Source of the DNA: Octopus sinensis
Lineage: Eukaryota
Direction: 5' to 3'
Length of the DNA: 64,000 bases
Assembly: GCF_006345805.1 (NCBI RefSeq)
Contig: NC_043021.1
Span: 23,560,001 to 23,624,000 of the forward strand
Each line of letters opens with the position of its first letter. Position 1 is the first letter of the stretch. The translations under genes and the position numbers were made by a program. Shown piece by piece: positions 24,941-36,160 of the stretch. Below the pieces are notes generated by a model. The model did no database searches. It saw nothing but the letters and a program-made list of their open reading frames with translations, and was not told the DNA's origin.

Positions 24941-27900
24941 AGATTACACCGGGGGACGTTTAAGGTGTAAGAAGGAAAATTCAGAGCTCCGAAATCTATC
25001 CACAAACATCGAAAACAAGGACATCCTATGGAGCCAAAGTTTTGCTAACAAAGAATTGGACTGTATCCGAGTAAGTAATACTAATTGAAATTTATTACTA
25101 TTTTCGAAACGAAATAATGTATTTTGACTCGATATTATCTCCACCTCTAACGCAACACATGTAAACATGCGTGGAACACCACGATCATCCCCGACCTCAA
25201 ACACCATGTACAAAGGAACTACGAAGAAATTAAATGCCACCGATACTATTCAACCCAAGTATAACAATCGAGCGGTACGTACATTAAACCTACAACAAAA
25301 AATGTACGAAAAACTACACGTGCGAAATAATGTGACAACAGAAATAAACGGACCGGTACCCTACGAAAATGACGACCGTCAAAATAATGGGCCGGACGTT
25401 GTACCTCATGTCCCGCAAATAAAACCCAAAAGACGTAAATGGACACGTGAGGAATACATTTCTATCTTACACGCATACTACACAGCAGTACTCTACCCCA
25501 AAAATGAAAATACAACAACACATACATATAAAATATGGAAGGAAAATAATAGAGATATAGACTTGGATACAGCAATGAACCCTAATAAATTAGCTAACGT
25601 ACGAAGATACATTCTCAACACAAAAAAAAATATCAGAAATAGAAATAGAACACCTAAAAGAAAACATACACCAGGAAAATGTAGATAGAAGCCACACAAC
25701 AATGCCCAATAATATAAACACTGAAAATGTAAAACACGAAGACAAACGCAACATTCCCAACAAACACGATGTAAACAACGAAGGGGAGCCTAATGATTAT
25801 GATAATATAAAAAATAAAATAATCAAAGAACTAAAAACCACAGAGCTCAAAATGGACCACCGACCATACCCCCCAAGAATAAAAATAAGCGCAATAAGAA
25901 CACCAATTATAAACAGCATAAACCTAGCCGTCACTGAACTAGCCACTGAAACAAAAAAAAAAAAAAAAAGTGATATCACTGAACTAAATGACTTGATATA
26001 CGCAGCAGCCACTGCAGCCACAAAAGAAGCTGGATACTCACCCAAACCCGCCCAAACAGGAGCACCACCACCCAAACAAACCCTGTGGATAAATAACATC
26101 CAAAACAAAATTTAAAAAATTAGAAAAGACCTGTCGATCCTTAATGAAATCAGCAAAGAATCAACGCTACTGAGCAACAAAAAGAGAACAAAAATGCTCC
26201 ACAAATATAACATCACAGAAAAAGATTTGCCGGAGATAAAAGAAAAGCTGAAGCAAGATATCCTTGCCAAAGCTCAAAGGATCCGCCGGTACGAGAAACG
26301 CCAACGCTTCTTTGAACAGAACAAAAAGTTCAACACCAACCCCAAAAAGTTCTACCAAGATCTGGGAAAAAATTAAATAGAAGTCACTGCAGCACCAACG
26401 GCAGAAGAATTGGAAGAATTCTGGAGAGAAACATGGTCGGCGAACGAACAGCCAAAAAAAAGGAGTATCAAAATAACAAACTCGGCATCTGAACAACTTT
26501 GGACCCCCATAACAACTGAAGAGGTCACCCAGGCACTGCAAAAACTAAGCAACTGGAAGGCACCTGGGCATGACAAGATCCCCAACTTCTGGTTGAAATA
26601 TCTAACAGGAATGCACAAAAAGCTGGCTGAAAACTTTAACAGCATACTAGCAGAGCCAGAGACAATGCCTGAATGGCTCACGAAGGGGAAAACCATCTTA
26701 ATTCCCAAATCAAATGAAACAGCAAAACCAGAAAACTACAGACCAATAACCTGCCTCCCTACTATGTTCAAGGCATTTACTGCAGTGATATCGCAAAGGC
26801 TGAACAAGCACCTGGACGAAAACAAACTGTTCCCAGAAGAGCAGAAAGGATGCCGCAAGGGCTCATATGGCTGTAAAGATCAACTAATGATTAATAAAGC
26901 CGTCACTGAAGACAGCCACAGAAAGAAGAAAGGCCTCAGTATGGCCTGGATTGACTACAAAAAGGCGTTTGATAGCATCCCCCACACATGGATCCTTGAA
27001 ACACTAGCCATTAACAAAGTAGCACCAACAATCATAAAATTCATAGAGCACTCTGTGAATAAATGGCAAACAGTCCTACATCTCCAAACAAAAGAGGGAC
27101 TCATGAAAACCAAAGACATCCCCATCAGAAGAGGAATATTCCAGGGAGACACGCTCTCTCCACTCCTTTTCTGCTTGGCACTGTCACCTCTATCTGATAT
27201 GCTAAATAGAACTGGATGCGGATATAAATGTTACGGCAAAACGATCAGCCACCTTTTATATATGGATGACCTAAAACTATACGCTGCAAATGACAAACAG
27301 CTGGAAACACTATTAAAGACAATTCATGGATTTACCAAAGAAATAGATATGAAATTTGGATTAGAAAAATGCGCCAAAGTAACCATGAAAAGAGGAAAAC
27401 TAGTTAAGAGTAACAACATCACACTAGATAAAACCGATGAAATAAAAGAATTAGACCAAAGCCAAACTTACAAATACTTAGGAATCCATGAACTAGATAA
27501 GACACAACACACACAAATGAAAGAGAAAATAAAAAAAGAATATTATAGACGAGTTAGATCAATACTAAAAACAGAGCTTAATGCTAAAAACAAGATAATA
27601 GGTATCAACACTTTAGCTGTCCCAGTTATAAGTTACAGCTACAATATCCTTAACTGGACACGAAATGAACTGTCCAAAATAGATAGGAAAACAAGAAAAA
27701 TACTGACAGGATCTAGGATGCATCACCCAAAATCTGCCATAGAAAGACTATATATACAACGTATAGAAGGTGGTAGAGGCCTTATACAGATGGAAAACTA
27801 CTATAAAATAACCACCATAGGACTGCAAAAATACCTACTTCAGAAGGAAGGAAAACTGATCCAGATAGCAGCAAAACACGAGCAAAACAAAAAACTGTTC

Positions 27901-28918
27901 TCAGTATTTAAGGAAGCTGACAAATACAAACAAGAAATCATGCCACCTAATAAACACGAAAAAGAAGAAGATGATGAAGAAACAACAAAAGCTATAAAAC
28001 AAATGAAATCCAAACTAAAAATAGAACAGCAACGAACCATGATAAAACGATGGCAAGAAAAGCCCCTTCATGGTAAATACTGCACTAAACTCAACCCAAA
28101 AGAAATAGACAAAGAAAGATCCCAGCAATGGTTGAGAAGCTCAGGACTCAAAGCAGAAACAGAGGGATTTTTAATTGCAGCACAAGACCAAAGCCTCCCC
28201 ACCAGAAATTATCAAAAACATGTAATGAAAAGAAATATTACAAGTAACTGCAGAATATGTGGAGATGGACAAGAAACAATAAATCATATTATCTCTAGCT
28301 GCCCAGTCCTGGCTAAGAAGGAATATATTTACAGACATGACAGAGTTGGAACCTACATACACTGGAAGCTATGTCAACATTATGGAATAACAACAGAAAA
28401 AAGATGGTATAGGCACACACCAGAAAAGGTTACAGAAAACGAGAAAGCAACCATACTCTGGGATATGCCGATACACACAGATAGAGAAATTAAGGCCAAC
28501 AGACCAGATATAGTTGTCAGAGATCATGAAGAAAAAAAATGCTTTCTAATTGATGTATCAATACCGGCAGATGACAACGTGTCTCTAAAAGAAATGGAGA
28601 AACTCTCAAAATACAAAGACCTGGAAATAGAGGTAACTAGAATGTGGAATCTGAAAACAGAAACAATTCCTATCATAGTAGGTGCATTAGGCATGATAAA
28701 AAAATATTCAGACAAATACATAACAAAAACACCAGGACTTACAAACACATATATCATACAAAAAATTGCACTACTAGGCACTGCACACATCCTACGCAGA
28801 GCACTTTCCATACAATAACCATCAGAGCATCACAACAAATCACAGCACATACCCAAGGCACACAGAGCTGCGCTCGGTAGTGAAGTGAAAGCACGCTATA
28901 AAAATAAAACTACTGAAT
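24941..28918 (+). mobile_element. Near full-length Dong/R4-type non-LTR retrotransposon (RT plus restriction-like endonuclease) in (AAT)n
   Basis: N-terminal KRRKWTREE fragment with frameshifts. ORF 26410-28818 has YMDDLKLY, CRICG..ETINHIISSC, RHD, RPDIVV..IDVSIP and EKLSKYKDL. Both ends are in TAA repeats. Absent from the paralogous site near 60855. Confidence 0.92.
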
Positions 28919-29176
28919 AATAATAATAATAATAATAAGTAATATTAATAATAATAAAAACAATAACAATAATAAAGTGAAATGTTAGCATCCCGGGCAA
29001 AATTGTAAGCGGTATTTCGCCCATCTTCACGTTCTGAGTTCAAATTCCGCCAAGGTTGACTTTGCCATTCAGCGTTTCGGGGTCGATAAATTAAGTACCA
29101 GGCAGTCCCATAATTTCAGGGTTTGTGTTTATAGTAGAAAGGATTATTCTTATTAATATTATTATCATTATTATTA

Positions 29177-29230
<54 letters not shown>

Positions 29231-29761
29231 GTTTGTTGAGGCGATGAGCAGGCCAAATCGTTAATACGCCGGGCAAAATGCTGAGCTCAAATTCCGCCGA
29301 GGTCGACTTTGCCTTTCATCCTTTCAGAGTGGATAAAATAAATTCCAGCTGATCATTGGGGTCGATGTAATCGACTAGTTTTCTCCCCCAATATTTCAGG
29401 CTTTGCGCCTGTAATAGAAACGACTATTATTATTTTTGTTTTACTCAATAAATACGTAATTCTACTTCAGTTTTCTAATATTTCCATACATTAAGTATGT
29501 TGACAATCAAATTATCTTTTATTTAACAAGTAGCTGGCAACCCTAACCATTCAGGACACGACCGTCACTCTGAGAGGTACTTTCAAAATACCCGCATCAC
29601 CTTCTTTGTTATGGTACATTTCACTGCTACCATAAACCCATCATTTCTCGTTACTTAGATTTATAACGTTTTTATAAGTCAGGCATTATGCACTGACCGA
29701 GTGTCTCTGTTTTTCCTTTCATCCCTTCACTATTTTTTATAATCAATACATTATCGTATGT

Positions 29762-30090
29762 GAAGGTGCATAGCACAGTGGTTAGAGAGTCGGGCCCACA
29801 AGTATAAGGTAATGAGTTCGACTCCCAGACCGAGGCGTGTGTTGTGTTCTTGTGCAAGACCCTTTATTTCACGTTCCTACAGTTCACTCAGCTGTAGAAA
29901 TGAGTTGCGACCTCAGTGGTGCCAAGCTGTATCGGCTTTTCCTTTGGCATGGAAAAAGGAGGCAGGTATGCATAGCTGACTGCTGATCTTCCATAAACAA
30001 CCCTGCCCATTCTTGTGCTTTGGGGGGGGGGGCAACTTTCTAAGTGCAGACCCATGGTCATTCATGACCGAAGGTTTTTTTTTTACCCTT
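29762..30090 (+). mobile_element. tRNA-derived SINE family 3, partner 62390-62710
   Basis: A-box TAGCACAGTGG and B-box GAGTTCGACTCC in a tRNA-like head. Confidence 0.7.
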
Positions 30091-30323
30091 CCTTCTTCTA
30101 AGCGCCATTATTAACTTATCTATTCCTTACTCCGCCAGATTAGAGAGACAAAGAATTGGGGTCTTTGTTATCTACTTGGCCTCCATTCCTCTCAAAATTA
30201 CTGCTCTTTTGTTAAAAGTAGATAGAATTACTATTCACTCCCCCCCCCCCAAATAAATAAATAAATAAACAATCCCCCAAAAGTCAATTTTTGCATTCAC
30301 TAATCACTGTCTAATATTCACAG

Positions 30324-30550
30324 GGAAAGATCTGGATAAATAGTATTACAAAATGTTTCGTGAAAGAGACAACAAAAATCTACCTACGTCCGTCAATCGA
30401 TTGTAAAGAAGCTAACAATCTTATCCTGAACATACAAAAACATTGTTACACAGACAATGATTTCTGTAATGTTGGCTGGAAGCACCGCAAGGAACTGTGG
30501 AATTTATTCGATAAACCCATAACCACTTCCAAAAAACAATACTATAAAAT
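30324..30550 (+). CDS. Stanniocalcin-like protein, copy B, exon 3
   Basis: Acceptor TTCACAG| and donor AT|GTAAGT, 227 nt, phase 0 to 2. Reads GKIWINSITKCFVKETTKIYLRPSIDCKEANNLILNIQKHCYTDNDFCNVGWKHRKELWNLFDKPITTSKKQYYK. The G-x2-WI-x4-C ... C ... CY-x4-FC pattern is stanniocalcin-like. Confidence 0.9.
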
Positions 30551-31861
30551 GTAAGTATTTGTTAATTTTTTTGTTGTTGGCGGTGGTGTTAGTAATTGAG
30601 GAGGTGGTGGTGATAGTAATAGAGGAGGTGGTGGTGGTCGTGGTGGTGGTATTCGTGATGATGGTTGCATTGATCGAGTGAGGGACATCTTGGTGTTGTG
30701 GAGGGACATGTAATTGTTGGCGGAGACTCAGTTCAATTTTGCTCGAACATTCAGATGGACGGGTGTCGTTCTGGATATCAGGATATAACATATGTGTGGC
30801 TGTGTAGGAAGAAGCTTGCTTCCAAATCACATCGTTCCGGGTTCAGTCCTACTGCATGGCACCTTGGGCAAGTGTCTTCTTCTACAACCTCGAGCCGACC
30901 AAATCCTTGAGTGGATTTGATCGGCAGAACCTGAACGAAGCCCGTCGTTTGTATGTGTGTGTATATGTGTGTGTGTATGTGCGAGTGTATGTGTATCTGT
31001 GTGTGTTTGTTTCCCGTATCTGTGTTTTCCCAACCACAACGCACGACTACCGGTGTTGGTGTGTATACGTCCCCATGAATTAGCGGTTCGGCAAAATAGA
31101 TAGGCTTAAACAATGAGGACTGGTATCGATACGCTCGACTAAAATTCTTCAAGGCGGTGCCACAATATGGCCGCAGCTTAAATGAATGAAACAAGTAAAA
31201 TATTGAAGATGTCTGTGTCTGGCTGAATAACATGCATTTACTACCCATTCCATCGTGGTGTGACGAACCATTGAGGGATATTCTTTGCTGTTACATGTAA
31301 AATTCCCTGCTAACCTCTCAAAGCACCACCTTTGAATATTACGATAACAACGGCATGATAAGTCTATATCTACCAAGCAAGCAAATAACCAATCAACCAA
31401 GATAAAACTATGTAACCACTTAAAGCATGATATTTGTAGTGGAGGAAGTATTTTTTCTCTGCAATATTTTCCCAGCTCCTTTTTCAGTCCTAGTGCCTAT
31501 AGTTGAAGGAATATTTTCTCCATATTTCTATGGATATTGAGCTTTATTAAAGTGTTTTTGTTTTGTTTTTTTTGCTGCTGCTTTGAACGACAATCCTGTC
31601 TTATTTAGGTCGACATTAATCTTGTTTTCCTTTTAGGTAGAGGCAGTCTACGGCATTGTTGATGTAGGCACTTTTTGTACTAGTCAATATCTTTCAGGCT
31701 TTCAGATCAAGGGTTCCGATCTTATAAAACATTCAACCAAGTGGCCGAAATGCTGGAATGCATACTATATTGGTATTGCAAATACATTGTGGTTCATTAA
31801 TTTAACGTATGCAGATTGTTCTGAGATTCATATTTTCTTGTCCGTCTGTTAAATGTTTTAG

Positions 31862-32152
31862 TTACGCGTTCCCTGTTATACAACCATCGTTAGATATGTT
31901 TTCATATACCCCAAGGTACCTGTGACATTCTTCATCAGATATGGCAGACACATTATTTACATTATTTACATTTGACAGATATTTGTCATCATCTTGTTTG
32001 TTGTTAACACAACGTTTCGGCTGATATACCCTCCAGCCTTCATCAGGTGTCTGGGTAAACTTTCGAACATGGGTTCTCATTCTTAAGGTATTTTTCGATG
32101 TTATCATTCTTCTTCTTATTATTATTATTATTAGTATTATTATCATTATTAA

Positions 32153-32213
<61 letters not shown>

Positions 32214-32241
32214 GTTATTATTATTATTAATATTATTATTA

Positions 32242-32318
<77 letters not shown>

Positions 32319-32775
32319 ATTGTTGTTGTTATTATTATTATTATTATTATTACTATTATTCTATGTTTGACTTTTGCTTTATATTTGTACAAGTTGGCTC
32401 CAAGTCTCACCCAGAGACCTCAAGAGACAACAGGTTGGAAGTTCATGTTGTTGTTATGCCTAGTATGCCATATATTTGATTTTTTTGTGGGGGTGTTGTA
32501 CTAGTGAATGTCCAAAAAAAAAACGAAAATTATGTTTGTTTTAAACCTTGAGATTACATAGAAAGTATTTTGCGTAGGATATGAGCAGTTCCCATGAGCA
32601 CTATCTTTTGAATTTCTGCCAATTTTGGATTTCCTGGTATCTGAGTTAGGTAGCAATCATTCCCAGGGCACTTATGACAACAGGTATTGTTTTAGTCTTC
32701 AGGTTCCACATTTTGCTGATTTCTATTTCAAGATCGTTATATTTGCTCAGTTTTTGGTAGGTCTTGACAGATACG
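31862..32775 (-). mobile_element. Fragments of a second Dong/R4-like element around (TAA)n tracts
   Basis: EECHRYLGVYE (31862-31950) and DLEIEISKMWNLKTKTIPVVISALG (about 32650-32740). Confidence 0.7.
32006..32051 (-). ncRNA. Type I hammerhead ribozyme in a PLE-tail unit of about 150 nt
   Basis: GACAC-CUGAUGA-A-GGCUG-GAGGGUAUAU-CAGCC-GAAA-CGUU-GUGUU. Stems I and II pair. Stem III is the ACGU palindrome (dimer-type). Confidence 0.8.
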
Positions 32776-32811
32776 TTTATATCCTATTATTATTATTATT
32801 ATTATTATTAC

Positions 32812-32893
<82 letters not shown>

Positions 32894-32909
32894 ATTATTA
32901 TTATTATTA

Positions 32910-32945
<36 letters not shown>

Positions 32946-32999
32946 TTTTAAAAGGATTGACGTAACTCTTCCCAAAGGTAAACAGTCAAGACGAAGAAC

Positions 33000-34900
33000 G
33001 CGATTCGATTGTAAGGTATTTTATTAGTCGAACGATATTTCAACAGTATATCTGCCTTTGTCAAGTTCAAAATAAGAAGTGATAAAAATTCAAAATTACA
33101 GAAATTTAAGCGTAAAGTATGAACGCGAGCAACCAGCTTACACGCGTTGATGGAATGACATCATCAGATTTTAAGTTACAATTTTATAACAGGCGAAAAG
33201 AAAAAGACAGAAAAAAAAACAGAAAAAAGAAGACGAAAGAAAAAAGGAAAGAAAAAGAGAGAAAGAAGAATATTTAATCAAACAGTTTTGTATAAATTTG
33301 ATGATATTCTCCTGTCATCTTATTCAACCCTCCAGGGCGTGATATTAATAACCCACAAACATATTTCTCCTCATACATTCTGAGAAGTGAAAGTGAAACA
33401 GATTGAGACTATTTTCTGAGAATATGCACTTTAAAGTCTTCTTCAAAATTGTAGCCGCTTGAAACGAAATGTTCAGCAAGTTCTGTCCAACTACTGTTAT
33501 TGCGCCTAGCGTCGAATCTGTGCCCATTAAACATTTCGTTAAATTGTTCTGTTCTACAACCAACATAAATTGTGTTTCGTGCATTCTGCAGCGTACACCA
33601 AATGGGAATCTTTACATATTCCACCCTCTGTATAAATCATATCATTTCTGTTATGATTTCTGATGAAATTCACTTCAATCATGTTGTTGCACAATGAACA
33701 GGGCTTACCTCTCTTGCTAATCTTAGCTATTTCATTTGCTATTTCCTTTAATCGTGATTCACTGTAACCGCGTTTGACATAATGACATACAAAAGCATTT
33801 GCATGTTTCCAGTAGTCCCCTATGCCAGTACGAATCCACTTTTTCCTCACAAATTGGGATTTCGGATTTGACCGAATAAGATGATGTGGATGATCGGAGC
33901 GGCGATGGAGATAAATGTGGGATGACGTGGCTTTGCAAAATAACTGTCATTATTCTGCCTCCAGAAAACTTTGTGTTTAAAAAATTCAACGCTAGTCTTT
34001 GAAAAACTAGAAAAAGTTGTTGATTTCAGATACAAAATCAAAGGTATCCCGTATATATATGAACTTGATCATTTTTTGACGGGGAGTAGAAAGCCATCCA
34101 GCCAATCCGAAATTTGGCCGTGCAGCATTCATATCCGCTGCAAATTGGGCGCATTGGATGAAATCTTTCGAACTTTTTTGTGTATTTTAGGGAGACTAAC
34201 TGAAATAGCCCTTGAGCTAGTTTATTCTTGTCGAAATTCTTAGTGCTTGGGCAAAAATTCAGTCCAAGCTCTAACACTGAGACATCATCGGGCGAAAGTT
34301 TTAGTTTAGATAAGTTTATGTCCGACTTATTCTCTAGTGTGATGGTTTTTTCTCGGGCAAGTGGTTTTCAGATTCTTTTTCTCATTAGATTCCTGACTAT
34401 ATTTTGGGCTTTGCTCGAAATCTTCACTTAAAACACGGAACCTATTAGGTGATAAATTATTTTGTGAATGTTCACGTGAGAAGTTATAATTTTTAGTCGC
34501 CTTTCTAGGGGTAACCCATTTCTGGGTGGGTGATAGACAGTGTCTTCTGTGGTTTTTATAGATATTTGAAAAACCTTTACTTTCGTGAAAGGAACAAATT
34601 TATTGTTTTCGAGGCAAAATCTTAAATGTGCTCGCATTTTTGACTGATCAAATAGAAACTTCCCTGGAGCGTTTCCAATGACCAGTTCAAATGCATACGC
34701 CAGGGCAAAAGGGCCACAATCATATGCGCCAACTTGGGGATTAATTATATGAACTTGTTGAATTGTAGGAGTAATTTTTGTTTGTGGTGAATTAACGTTG
34801 ATTTTGTGCCATTAGTTCCTGCGAAACTGGTAAATTCAAACTGTCATAAATATAAACATCTAAAAAATTGGTTGATAAAACAAAATGATTGTTCCTGGTG
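33000..34900 (-). mobile_element. Internally deleted Penelope-like element (Neptune-like)
   Basis: LELGLNFCPS, RPICSGY, thumb KHANAF..KRGY, CxxC linker KPCSLC, EN LVYAAEC...IYVG...NGH. RT core with YxDD is missing. Degenerate HHR-like hairpin at about 33030-33065. Confidence 0.75.
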
Positions 34901-35528
34901 TGATGAATAAACAGTGTGCGGTGTTGATTGTAGGTTAGAAATTCCGTGTGATTATTATTCAGGTGCTCCACACAGAAATTGTAGGAGCTACTTAGAGATA
35001 TTGCTCGCTCTTCTGTTGGTGGCTAAAACCATGTCAATGTAGGGAATCCCTTTCGTATTCAGCGAGTATCTGAGGGTCGCAAGTGTCTCGCTTCTTAATC
35101 TGTACGCTCTGCCGGAGTTGGGCAACAACAAAAGGGCACGAGGCCACGAGTAATCCCCTGACAAGTGTCTCATCAAATCAGTCCTGAAATGTGGCTTCTT
35201 TCTTCTGATAAAAAACGAGTCCACCAGTCAAATCCACTTGATTCTCCTAAAGTGAGATTTGTTGCAATATAGAAAGCAGGTTCCCTACAGTTGCTTTCGC
35301 CTTTTCTTGCTTCTGGAATTGGTATTTTCCCACCTCTTGCAGAGTTGAATTTGCCTCCAGATTCAAACTGAGTTAGCATTAGACAATAAAAGCAAACCCT
35401 GTTACTGTGTGTGTGTGTTTGTGTCTGTCTATCAGTTTGTCTGATGTCTGCCTATTTGAGTGTGTTTGTCTGAGTGTTATTGACTGAGTGTGTTTGATTA
35501 AGACACCAATATATTTTTTATATTGCAG

Positions 35529-35658
35529 AATGTGGCAAAATTTTGCCAAGATGTCTTCAGAATGCAGTACGACAACTGCTGACCAATTAATACCATGGGT
35601 CAAAGCCCAATTCAACGATGGCGATGATTTGGCAAATATGTGGAAGAAATTACATTAA
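35529..35658 (+). CDS. Stanniocalcin-like protein, copy B, terminal exon 4
   Basis: Acceptor TATATTGCAG|, phase 2 compatible with exon 3. Reads (I)MWQNFAKMSSECSTTTADQLIPWVKAQFNDGDDLANMWKKLH*. Supplies the tenth Cys. Total CDS 621 nt = 206 aa. AATAAA at about 35834. Confidence 0.75.
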
Positions 35659-35734
35659 CATACCTAGTTACTGGGAAGAATTCAAGATTTACTGACTAGT
35701 CGGACTTTGGACTTGGTTACTTAGTATAGCTACC

Positions 35735-35819
<85 letters not shown>

Positions 35820-35965
35820 GTAATAATAGTAATAATAAATGGGGACTGTTTCATTAGTGCAGTATATACTTGTAATCGTGTACATGTATGCACAAACAAA
35901 ACTAGCTTCCATATAGTTATATCTCCTATATTATTCATACATACATACGTACATACATACATACA

Positions 35966-36160
<195 letters not shown>

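Noticed and set aside
24941-25010. HDV-like ribozyme at the 5' end of the Dong element
   Set aside because: Only a simple TTACACC/GGTGTAA hairpin is visible. I could not build the nested double pseudoknot by eye.
29762-29835. tRNA genes here and at other A/B-box sites
   Set aside because: There is no full cloverleaf, and each continues into a repeated SINE body.
30360-30554. Track ORFs 30360-30554, 62978-63172 and 22125-22388 as standalone genes
   Set aside because: They are partial views of internal spliced exons. Splice sites and phases explain their ends.
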